From an uncultured Gammaproteobacteria bacterium (GTDB lineage: Bacteria; Patescibacteriota; Patescibacteriia; UBA9934), in the NCBI GenBank assembly GCA_964355955.1, contig CAYHFQ010000006.1, positions 11,633 through 43,632 of the forward strand: 32,000 nt of DNA, written 5' to 3'. The notes under the pieces were generated by a model. That model was not told the origin of the DNA. It saw only the letters and a list, made by a program, of their open reading frames with translations, and made no database searches. This document shows positions 22,132 through 30,580 of the stretch, piece by piece (the stretch's first letter is position 1; the number at the start of each line of letters is the position of its first letter). The position numbers were made by a program, and so were the translations under genes.

Positions 22132-22272
22132 ATGGCAGGTCTTAAGTATGTCATCTTTGGTTCTGGCTTGATGATTTCGGCGACTCAGATGGGCGGGGGT
22201 GTTTTCTCGATTATCCTTTTTGTAGTGGGTCTTGTCCTCAGTTTGGCTGGTTTATCGAGCAAAGAGAAATGA
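22132..22272 (+). CDS. 46-aa two-helix membrane peptide
   Basis: MAGLKYVIFGSGLMISATQMGGGVFSIILFVVGLVLSLAGLSSKEK. TATAAA at 22118-22123 ends 8 nt before the ATG. Below the ORF-track cutoff. Confidence 0.4.
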   Translation: MAGLKYVIFGSGLMISATQMGGGVFSIILFVVGLVLSLAGLSSKEK

Positions 22273-22320
22273 TTGGCATAATGTGCTATGCTGTAAATAT
22301 TATTCATTAACTATTCGTCT

Positions 22321-22533
22321 ATGCATGAGTGTTCTGCCAACGGAATGTGTAAGTGTCCACATCACAAGATGGTTCCATTGTGCATCACATTGATTGGTTT
22401 GGCCTTTTTCTTGCAGGCCATCGGTGTGCTCGGTCAACCATTCGTCGACGTTGCTTGGCCGGTCTTGCTGACCTTGATTGGTTTGCAGAAGCTGTCGAGT
22501 GGCATGTGTTCATGTTGCGGCGACAAAAAATAG
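22321..22533 (+). CDS. Cys/His-rich small membrane protein
   Basis: N-terminal HECSANGMCKCPHHK, two TM helices, C-terminal GMCSCCGDKK. Confidence 0.55.
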   Translation: MHECSANGMCKCPHHKMVPLCITLIGLAFFLQAIGVLGQPFVDVAWPVLLTLIGLQKLSSGMCSCCGDKK

Positions 22534-23423
22534 TTTTTGGTGGGGCTTGCTTGATAGTGATAGCGGCTCTTGGCGTAGGGTATTGTGTCGGTGCTAATTG
22601 GCCGAAGCGATACCCTATTGTTGTGGCCGAGGTTGACGACAGGCCGACGTATACGAGTGGTTTGCAAACTAAAGATTTTTTCGATCGGGCTTATAACGAA
22701 GCAACAGGGGAGCCGGTAGCAGGAGCGATTAGCGGACTTTCGGCGCACCATTTACTTATTGGTAGTGATATCGCCACGGTGTTTGAAGATTTAGCGAGCG
22801 ATGATGTTAAGACGGTTGTACTGGTGAGCCCAAATCATTTTAAACGCGGACGGTCGACGGCTCAGGTTTCCAAGGGTCAATGGATGACGCCTTACGGAAC
22901 GGTGGTGACGGATGATGAAGCGGTCGATAAGCTGTTAGCGATGGACTCGATGCTCAAGCAGGAAGAGGCGGCCTATGAGACTGAACATGGAATTTACGGG
23001 CTGACGCCGTTTGTGAAGCGGTCGTTTCCAGGCGCGAAAATCGTTTCGATAATACTTGATGATAGTTTGCCGACGGCTGAGGCTTGGCGGCTTGGGCAGG
23101 AGATTGCGCAGACTTTGCCGGATGCGGTGCTCTTGGCAAGCGTCGACATGACGCATTACCACGACGTCGACTATACAGCTAAGAATGATGTGAAGGTGCT
23201 GCAGCTATTAGCCGAGGCTGGATTGTGTGGTTTGTTGCCCTGTACTGATGAGCTGGATATTGATTCGAATGCTTCGCTGCGAGTGTTGTTTGGTTTTAAC
23301 GCCGAACATGGCACGCAAGAGTGGCATTTGACGCATCACGGCAGCTCGCTCCAGATGGGGGCGACGAAGGATTGGCACGATAATACGAGCCATATTTTGG
23401 GCTACTTTTTACCGAATAAATAA
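22512..23423 (+). CDS. Memo-like (AmmeMemoRadiSam system protein B family) protein with an N-terminal membrane anchor
   Basis: I prefer the start MLRRQKIVFGGACLIVIAALGV at 22512; the track extension from 22353 overlaps the previous gene out of frame. Motifs LVSPNHF, TEHGIYGLTPF, SVDMTHYH and THHGSS. Confidence 0.6.
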   Translation: MLRRQKIVFGGACLIVIAALGVGYCVGANWPKRYPIVVAEVDDRPTYTSGLQTKDFFDRAYNEATGEPVAGAISGLSAHHLLIGSDIATVFEDLASDDVKTVVLVSPNHFKRGRSTAQVSKGQWMTPYGTVVTDDEAVDKLLAMDSMLKQEEAAYETEHGIYGLTPFVKRSFPGAKIVSIILDDSLPTAEAWRLGQEIAQTLPDAVLLASVDMTHYHDVDYTAKNDVKVLQLLAEAGLCGLLPCTDELDIDSNASLRVLFGFNAEHGTQEWHLTHHGSSLQMGATKDWHDNTSHILGYFLPNK

Positions 23424-23445
23424 GCTATACTTACCGTATAAGATA

Positions 23446-25230
23446 ATGAAATTTATGACTGAACTTGAACACGGAGAGGATTGTCAGCATGAGCATGATC
23501 ACGAACATGTCCACGGTATTCCGGTGCACTGGGCTGTGCTTGGTGTTTCCTTCTTTCTGGTTATTTTGGCGACGATGTTCTTGATTGGCATGGCTTTGGG
23601 GCGTGGAGCGCAGTTGGCCGACACGGGTAATCCTTCGGGGGAGACAGAAGGCATCATCAACGAAGTAATAACTCTTGGCCTGCAAGTCACTTGGTTGCCA
23701 GTGGAGCAACATACGCCTTACTCGTTCAATGCTACTTTGCGTACTTGGTTTGATAAAGAAAGTTTAGCTAATGACAATGGACAGGGTATTAGTTATGAAG
23801 CAGTACAAGTTGGCTCGGCAACTCTTGATGGTGCAGAGTATCGGTTAATGGCGGAAACTGTCGGTTTGCCGGCGATGGGCGATGATAGGCGGACATTTTA
23901 TTTACTGGAGCACGCACCTACAAATGGAGAAAAAGTGAAGGAACCAGTACTACTCATGAATTATAATTTCTTTGAGCCAGGCTTTGGCCCGACTGGAAGT
24001 GTGACAAAGGTTGAATGGCCAGTCACGGCAGCTGATGGCTTGGTGGTTAGTTACGCTAAGATTGAGGCGCTCGAAACACAAGGTAACGTGGATGCGACAA
24101 GTCTTGGCTTTGCTAAACTTATTGGCATTGGTATTTTGCCAACGGTTAAAGAGTTGGGTTTGCTTCGACAATATGCGGTGGTAGGAACGTTGGAAAATGG
24201 TAGAGCGTTGCGAGTATACGATGGGACTATTTCTGTTGATAGCGCAGCCTTGAATGAATTGTTTACATTTGGTGATGACGGTCGCGTGATTTGGTATAAT
24301 CTGTCTTTGCCATTTTATACGTTAGCTGACGAGAATATTGATAGCCAGACATTCATTACTTGGAATGATGGAACAGTAGCTACTGAGCAATATACACCGC
24401 AGTTGTCTGGTGGTTGCGGCCATCTGGCAATGACTAATGTTGTTTCTGATCCTCCAGTGTTAGCGGTAGCCGGCTTTGTTACAACGGATCATTCGATGGT
24501 TATTTATGAGCCAGCCGACTTCGCGGATCCTGCGCTGAATGAAGACTTTATGAATTGGCGGTCGCAACATGCTGATGGCACGATGGAGCAGTTCGCTGCA
24601 AGCCATCCGTATTTCTATTTTAAGGACGCTCTCGGCCGTTATGTTAAATTAACTAGAACCGATGTTATTTCACCAGGTGAATGTGGTAAGCCAGTTATCT
24701 ACCTTTATCCGACGAAAACCACGGACATTAATGTGCAGCTGAGTCCAGTTGGTGGGTTTACGAAGACAGAACCGGCCTATGGCGAAGGCTGGAATGTGAC
24801 GGCAAGTCCGGATGGGAGTCTCGTGAATAAGGCTGACGGCGAGACATATCCGTACCTATTTTGGGAGGGTAGGGGCGGGTTCTATGCTGAACCGAAGTAC
24901 TTTGATGTTATCGCTAAGGCTGACGTCGACCAGTATTTGACGATGACGCTCGCGAAGTATGGTTTGAACGCGCAAGAGATGGCTGACTTTAAGGAGTTCT
25001 GGTTGCCACGCATGCAGAGTGCTGATTATTACAAGATTGGTTGGCACGGAACGAGTGTGATGAATGCTTTGGCGCCACTGCACTTGAGCCTGGCTCCGCA
25101 GACGTTGATTCGTATTCTCATGGATTATACGGAGTTATCGAGCCCTGTAGTGGGCAAACCGTTGCCGTCGATTGCCACGCCGGAACGTCAGGGCTTCACG
25201 GTGGTAGAGTGGGGAGGCGTGTTGCGGTAG
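23446..25230 (+). CDS. Hypothetical membrane-anchored protein with a His-rich N-terminus
   Basis: HGEDCQHEHDHEHVHGIPVH, then a TM segment, then a large domain of about 530 aa. The conserved-looking C-terminal part includes CGKPVIYLYP...YPYLFWEG. Confidence 0.6.
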   Translation: MKFMTELEHGEDCQHEHDHEHVHGIPVHWAVLGVSFFLVILATMFLIGMALGRGAQLADTGNPSGETEGIINEVITLGLQVTWLPVEQHTPYSFNATLRTWFDKESLANDNGQGISYEAVQVGSATLDGAEYRLMAETVGLPAMGDDRRTFYLLEHAPTNGEKVKEPVLLMNYNFFEPGFGPTGSVTKVEWPVTAADGLVVSYAKIEALETQGNVDATSLGFAKLIGIGILPTVKELGLLRQYAVVGTLENGRALRVYDGTISVDSAALNELFTFGDDGRVIWYNLSLPFYTLADENIDSQTFITWNDGTVATEQYTPQLSGGCGHLAMTNVVSDPPVLAVAGFVTTDHSMVIYEPADFADPALNEDFMNWRSQHADGTMEQFAASHPYFYFKDALGRYVKLTRTDVISPGECGKPVIYLYPTKTTDINVQLSPVGGFTKTEPAYGEGWNVTASPDGSLVNKADGETYPYLFWEGRGGFYAEPKYFDVIAKADVDQYLTMTLAKYGLNAQEMADFKEFWLPRMQSADYYKIGWHGTSVMNALAPLHLSLAPQTLIRILMDYTELSSPVVGKPLPSIATPERQGFTVVEWGGVLR

Positions 25231-25254
25231 AGATGTGAAAGAAGTATGAAGAAG

Positions 25255-25289
25255 TCCCCAGCTTGGCCATTGCCGAGACTGGGGATTTT
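25255..25289 (+). terminator. Intrinsic terminator
   Basis: TCCCCAGCTTGGC-CATT-GCCGAGACTGGGGA (one bulge), followed by TTTTC. Confidence 0.7.
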
Positions 25290-25297
25290 CTGTTAAG

Positions 25298-25867
25298 ATG
25301 GCGGCGATAAGATTGGTCAATAATCTATATTTTATGACAGAGATGGAGCCTGTAGTAGGTGAAAAGAAGGTAATTTCACCGGTAATTATTTTAGCTGTAG
25401 TAGCGGTCGTGATAGTGGCGCTAATTGTATACGCTTCAAATAAGTCGACGAGTGAAGTAGCGTTGAATGATCAGCTTGCGCCAGTTGCTGATAACACAGT
25501 AGCTGCAGCACCAGTGGTAATCGATACTGTGCCAGTTGAACCAACTCCAGTAACAGATACTCAGGTGGTGGCGTATAAGGATGGTACGTACACAGCACAA
25601 GGCGATTATACTGCCCCAAGTGGTGCAGAAAGTATCAAAGTAACTTTAACCCTGAAGGATAACGTGGTTACGGCCAGTACGGTGACCGCTTCTTCTGCTT
25701 CTGAATATTCTGAAAGAATGCAGGAGATGTTTATGGCCAATTATAAGACGATGGTGGTTGGCAAAAAAATTACCGATATTAAGTTGGGTAAGGTTTCTGG
25801 TTCTTCGTTGACGCCAATCGGATTCAATGACGCTGTGATGAAGATCGAAGCTCAAGCAAAGGTTTAA
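25298..25867 (+). CDS. Membrane-anchored FMN_bind-domain protein (alternative start 25334)
   Basis: TM anchor, then YKDGTYTAQGDYTAPSGAESIKVTLTLKDNVV, and a C-terminal KVSGSSLT resembling the flavinylation motif. Confidence 0.65.
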   Translation: MAAIRLVNNLYFMTEMEPVVGEKKVISPVIILAVVAVVIVALIVYASNKSTSEVALNDQLAPVADNTVAAAPVVIDTVPVEPTPVTDTQVVAYKDGTYTAQGDYTAPSGAESIKVTLTLKDNVVTASTVTASSASEYSERMQEMFMANYKTMVVGKKITDIKLGKVSGSSLTPIGFNDAVMKIEAQAKV

Positions 25868-25870
25868 AAT

Positions 25871-26749
25871 GTGGCTCGTCAGTTAGTGTTTGAGGCGATT
25901 GGGACACATTGGGTGATTGACATTGAGGACGAGATCGATGACGTTTTAGCCGAATCATTGAAACGAGCAATTCACCAGCGAATCGAGGAGTTTGATAAGA
26001 ATTACTCACGCTTCCGGCATGATGGCTGGATAGAGCGGCTAGCGACTAAAGCTGGTACTTATGAAGTGCCAGCAGATGCGGAGCCGCTTTTGGCGTTGTA
26101 TGCGCAGGCGTATCGATTAACCGATGGCGCAGTGACGCCGCTGATTGGCCAAGTGTTGATTGATGCTGGGTATGACGCTGACTATTCGTTACAGCCGAAG
26201 AACAAGCTGATGACGCCACCGAAGTGGGAAGATATCATGGAGTACAGGCATCTGCTGTTAACGATGAAGAAGCCGGCAGTGTTGGACTTTGGGGCGGCTG
26301 GTAAGGGGTATCTAGTCGACTTGATTGCCGAATTGCTGAGTTCGTTTGGCATCATTTCGTTTACTGTTGATGCTGGCGGGGACATGAGTCACCAAAGTTC
26401 AACTAACGAAGTATTGAGGGTTGGCTTGGAGCATCCTGAAGATACAACACAAGCGATTGGCGTGGTCGAGCTTGGTAATAAAAGTTTGTGTGGTTCGGCT
26501 GGGAATAGGAGAAAGTGGGGAGAGTATCATCATATTATTGATTCGCGAACGTTGTCTTCACCGCGTAATATTTTGGCGGTGTGGGTAATCGCGGAGAGTA
26601 CGATGTTGGCTGATGTATTGACGACTTGTTTATTTTTCGTGGGGCCAAACATATTAATGACGGAATTTGTTTTTGATTATTTGATAATGTATGCCGATAG
26701 TTCTGTTGAGATGTCGACAGGTTTTACGGCTGAGGTGTTTACAAGCTAA
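25871..26749 (+). CDS. apbE: FAD:protein FMN transferase ApbE (GTG start, no signal peptide)
   Basis: Motifs DFGAAGKGYLVD, VDAGGDM and GSAGNRRKWGEYHHIIDSRT. Confidence 0.8.
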   Translation: MARQLVFEAIGTHWVIDIEDEIDDVLAESLKRAIHQRIEEFDKNYSRFRHDGWIERLATKAGTYEVPADAEPLLALYAQAYRLTDGAVTPLIGQVLIDAGYDADYSLQPKNKLMTPPKWEDIMEYRHLLLTMKKPAVLDFGAAGKGYLVDLIAELLSSFGIISFTVDAGGDMSHQSSTNEVLRVGLEHPEDTTQAIGVVELGNKSLCGSAGNRRKWGEYHHIIDSRTLSSPRNILAVWVIAESTMLADVLTTCLFFVGPNILMTEFVFDYLIMYADSSVEMSTGFTAEVFTS

Positions 26750-26821
26750 TATATTCGTATAGTGATTCTATTCGGTTGTGTTATACTTGAATTATTAGCC
26801 AAGATTCAAGCTTTAGAATAT

Positions 26822-29602
26822 ATGACAACCAATCATAGAAGTCGCCGTTTCACGAGCGGAATATTCTTATTTTCTGCTTTGACTGTGTTCGTGGTATTCG
26901 CAGCTGTGGTTCTGCTAAGCTCGTCGCCACTGCGGAGTTGGCTGAGGCAGGTGACGCTCGATAAGGCTGGTATTAATGCGGCCTCGGCCGACGCTCCTGT
27001 GACTGCTGTTAGTTTGGGGTCAGCTAATATTTCCGAATTGACGGGAGAAGTGACACTGGATGCGACCGGTATTAAAACGATTACAGCCGGAGATGTTAAT
27101 AATGATGGATATAGTGATTTTTTGGTAGCTTCCAAGACTAATGATGATGCTGGACTAAACGCTGGGGCTGCATATCTGGTCTATGGAAGGTCGACGGTGT
27201 TGACTTCAGAAAGTTTGGGCGGCAGTTCAAACACAGTGGTCGAATTTACTGGTGAAGCGGCGAGCGATTATGCGGGTACGATAGTTGGGCCGGCAGGTGA
27301 TGTGAACAATGATGGATATGCTGATTTTCTAATAACTTCATATCAGCCAGGACCAGGTGTTGGTAATGGTCAAACGTATTTAATTTATGGCCAGGCCGCT
27401 ACTTTTGCGTCGACAACCAGCTTAGGAGCAGCTGGGATTGTTAAATTCACGGGTGAGGCGCTGAACGATGCTGCAGGATCGATGGCTAATGGTGTTGGTG
27501 ACGTGAATAATGATAGTTACGACGATTTCATGATTGGAGCTACGGCGAATGATGATACTGCGCTAAACGCTGGCGCGGCTTACCTTATTTATGGTCAAGC
27601 GGCGCCCTTAGTGTCGGCTAATTTAAGTACAGCTATTGAATTTGCTGGTGAGGCGACTGCTGATACTGCGGGAGTATGTATTTCAGGTGGCGACTTTAAT
27701 AATGACGGGTATAGTGACATGCTTATTTCAGCCTCGACCTATGCTGCTAATAACTTAGGCCGAACGTACCTCTTCTACGGTAAAGCGGAGGCTTTTACTT
27801 CTGCCAACCTTAGCACAGCAGATGCTATTTTTACTGGCGAGGTAGCAGAGGATTCATCGGGTATAAATATTGACTCGGCGGGCGATGTAAATAATGATAC
27901 ATACGACGATATTATTATCGCTGCTTCAGCTAATGATGATGCGGGGACTGGCGCAGGAGCTGTTTACCTGATCTACGGCCAGGCTGCTCATTTAGCTTCT
28001 GCTAGTTTGAGTACCGCCGTAGAGTTTACTGGTGAAGCTGCTGGTGATGCGGCTGGTAATTCAGTGAGTAAGGCAGGTGATATAAATGCTGATGGTTACG
28101 ACGACTTCTTGGTTGGCGCCCCGTTAAATAATGATGCGGCGAGTGATGCTGGAGCGGCTTACTTGATTTACGGCCAAGCGGCTGCCTTGACGGCGGCTAG
28201 CTTAAGCACGTTTGTTGAGTATACTGGAGAAGCCGCTAGCGATAGAGCAGGTAATAGTGTTAGTACCGGTGGCGATATAAATAATGATGGTTATCTTGAT
28301 TTGTTGATTAGTAGTAGATATAGCGATGATAATGCTGTTGATGCTGGAGCAGTTTATATTGTGTATTATCAGCCACCAACAGTGTCTCTGACGGCAGCCA
28401 CGCAAACTGTGGCTGAGAGCGTGGCGTCGGGTACGGTGACGGCTCAGCTGGCCTTGGCTTTTCCATATACCGTAACGGTGCCTTATACGGTTACTGGTAC
28501 AGCGACTGGTGGGGGGACGGACTATACTTTAGCGAATGGTAATATTACTATTCCGGTTGGTACAACGAGTGGTGATGTGAGCTTCACGGTTTTTGATGAT
28601 TTTACATATGAGCTTGATGAGACGATGATTGTGACGATTAGTCGACCAAGTTACGGAACATTGTCTGGCACCACGGTGCAAACTATTACTATCACCAACA
28701 ACGATACTCCTTCCAAAGTAATATCTAACCCAGCTACGACGGCTGCTAAAACAATTACAGTTTTGACGCCAATAATAGCTACAGAAATAGTTGAGGGTTC
28801 AACGATGGGTGTAACTTGGCAATATACTGGGGTTATTCCAGCGGTGTCGGTGTATGTGTCGACTAACGGCGGGACGAGCTGGACGGTAATGAAAGCCAAT
28901 ATCTCGAATGAAGGATCGACGACGTTTGCTGCGCCTTTTGTGACAACGAGTCAGGCCTTGGTGAAGGTTGAAGGGACTGATTTGGCGACGGTCTTAGCGA
29001 CGGGGATTAGCGACCCATTTTATTTGCTGAAAGCGGCTGGTGACGTACCAACGGAGATTATTGTCATTCCAGAGACTCCGATTAGCACTGGAGCTGGCTC
29101 GACAGAAGCTGAAACGTTAATAGCCACTTGGCCAGCTGCGGTAAGTGTGGATACGCTGATTAAAATTAGAGGTGATGGCGATGAGTCGACGACTTATGAC
29201 GCTGTAGTTTATGCGCTGAGTGCTGACGGCTACCGTCATGCTTTCCCGAATGAGAGCGTCTACTTTACTTGGTATAGTAGCTTTGATGATATAACAAAAA
29301 TATCGGCGGCTGACATGGCGAAGATTAAACTGGGGAGTAACGTGACTTACCGGCCAGGTAGCAAGATGGTTAAGTTTACAACAGGAAATAAGGTTTACGC
29401 AGTAGATCGAGGCGGTGTGTTGCGTTGGGTGACGACCGAAGCCGCGGCACGAGTATTGTATGGTAATGATTGGAATACTAAAATTGATGACATTTCCGAT
29501 GCCTTGTTTGGTAGCTACAGCTTTGGCGCCATTATTAATTCGGAAGTCGACTACGACCCAAATGGATTTACTGACGTGGTGAACCCGGGTGATTCGCTGT
29601 AG
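26822..29602 (+). CDS. Large surface protein: signal anchor, seven FG-GAP repeats, a Calx-beta-like domain and a C-terminal domain
   Basis: Seven units of GD(V/I/F)NNDGY(S/D)DFL...NAGAAYL(I/V)YG spaced about 65-70 aa apart (nt about 27086-28382). Then TVSLTAATQTVAESVASGT...VTGTATGGGTDY...DDFTYELDE. I prefer the ATG at 26822 (MTTNHRSRRF plus TM). Confidence 0.8.
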   Translation: MTTNHRSRRFTSGIFLFSALTVFVVFAAVVLLSSSPLRSWLRQVTLDKAGINAASADAPVTAVSLGSANISELTGEVTLDATGIKTITAGDVNNDGYSDFLVASKTNDDAGLNAGAAYLVYGRSTVLTSESLGGSSNTVVEFTGEAASDYAGTIVGPAGDVNNDGYADFLITSYQPGPGVGNGQTYLIYGQAATFASTTSLGAAGIVKFTGEALNDAAGSMANGVGDVNNDSYDDFMIGATANDDTALNAGAAYLIYGQAAPLVSANLSTAIEFAGEATADTAGVCISGGDFNNDGYSDMLISASTYAANNLGRTYLFYGKAEAFTSANLSTADAIFTGEVAEDSSGINIDSAGDVNNDTYDDIIIAASANDDAGTGAGAVYLIYGQAAHLASASLSTAVEFTGEAAGDAAGNSVSKAGDINADGYDDFLVGAPLNNDAASDAGAAYLIYGQAAALTAASLSTFVEYTGEAASDRAGNSVSTGGDINNDGYLDLLISSRYSDDNAVDAGAVYIVYYQPPTVSLTAATQTVAESVASGTVTAQLALAFPYTVTVPYTVTGTATGGGTDYTLANGNITIPVGTTSGDVSFTVFDDFTYELDETMIVTISRPSYGTLSGTTVQTITITNNDTPSKVISNPATTAAKTITVLTPIIATEIVEGSTMGVTWQYTGVIPAVSVYVSTNGGTSWTVMKANISNEGSTTFAAPFVTTSQALVKVEGTDLATVLATGISDPFYLLKAAGDVPTEIIVIPETPISTGAGSTEAETLIATWPAAVSVDTLIKIRGDGDESTTYDAVVYALSADGYRHAFPNESVYFTWYSSFDDITKISAADMAKIKLGSNVTYRPGSKMVKFTTGNKVYAVDRGGVLRWVTTEAAARVLYGNDWNTKIDDISDALFGSYSFGAIINSEVDYDPNGFTDVVNPGDSL

Positions 29603-30562
29603 TTATTGAGAGATGCAAGCAGAAAAGGCTGGGGCAAACTCAGCCTTTTCGATTTGTGTGCCGATGAGAACGAGATCACTTTTGCGTTCTTCGTTTGGCA
29701 GCCAAGCGCGGTCAGGGAGAAGTTCAAAGTTGAACTGCACGCCTTGAAAAACGAATCGTTCAGGGCGGCTGTTGATATTGAAAATGCCTTTGTAGCGGAG
29801 TAAGCGGTCGCCGTTAGCTACGAGGTATTCGCCTATGAAACGGCTGACTTTGGCTAGGTCGAGGGGTTGTGTTTCGCGCAGATGGATGGAGGTGATGTCG
29901 CTATGGCTATGGTGATCATCGTTCTTTTGGGCATCGGCAGCTTTGGCGTGTAGGCGTTCAGTGTCGGCGGGTAGTGGTGTGTTGAAGAGTTCGCTTACTT
30001 TAAGGCCGCCTTTGACGGCGATGATGATTTTGGCGGATGGATTGAGTTCGGTTATTTTGCTACCAACGTCCAGTAAGCGCTGGGCGTCGACGAGGTCCGA
30101 CTTGGTGACGACGATGATGTCGGCGATGGCGATTTGTTTAATAGCTTCTTCAGTGTCGATTAGGCGTTCGAGGAGCGTGCTGGCGTCAACGAGTGTGGTG
30201 ATGGCGTCGAGGGAAAAGGCTTTTTCGAGCGACGGACGATTAATAAAAGCTTTGGCGAGAGGGAGAGGATCGGCCAGACCGGTGGTTTCGATGATGACGC
30301 GGTCGAAGTTTTTGTTGCTGGCCAAGAGGGAGGTGATGGCTTGGACGGTGTCACCCATGGCCGCGCAGCAGATAGCCCCGCCATTAAGCTCGATGAGACC
30401 GGTTTTGGCGCCGTCGAGTAATGATCCGTCAAGACCGATGTCGCCGAATTCGTTGACGATGACAGCAAACTTTTGGTCGACATTCTCTTTGAGCAGGCGA
30501 TTAAGAAGAGTTGTTTTACCGGCGCCGAGGAAGCCGGTTAAGATGGTTACAGGAATGCGCAT
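29603..30562 (-). CDS. COG0523/CobW-family G3E GTPase (putative metallochaperone)
   Basis: Motifs GFLGAGKTTLLN, ETTGLADP and TKSDL, His-rich linker NDDHHSHSD, and a CobW C-terminal domain. The stop abuts the stop of the FG-GAP gene. Confidence 0.85.
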   Translation of the reverse strand: MRIPVTILTGFLGAGKTTLLNRLLKENVDQKFAVIVNEFGDIGLDGSLLDGAKTGLIELNGGAICCAAMGDTVQAITSLLASNKNFDRVIIETTGLADPLPLAKAFINRPSLEKAFSLDAITTLVDASTLLERLIDTEEAIKQIAIADIIVVTKSDLVDAQRLLDVGSKITELNPSAKIIIAVKGGLKVSELFNTPLPADTERLHAKAADAQKNDDHHSHSDITSIHLRETQPLDLAKVSRFIGEYLVANGDRLLRYKGIFNINSRPERFVFQGVQFNFELLPDRAWLPNEERKSDLVLIGTQIEKAEFAPAFSACISQ

Positions 30563-30580
30563 AGTGTATGATGTTAGTAT

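Noticed and set aside
22353-22511. The upstream extension of the Memo-like ORF given in the track (start 22353).
   Set aside because: The extension overlaps the Cys-rich membrane protein gene in another frame and translates to an Arg/Cys/Trp-rich non-protein-like sequence. The MLRRQK start at 22512 gives a normal signal anchor.
27086-28382. About 200-nt periodicity at the nucleotide level as a non-coding tandem repeat.
   Set aside because: It is explained by seven in-frame FG-GAP blades of one long ORF. The copies are diverged at the DNA level.
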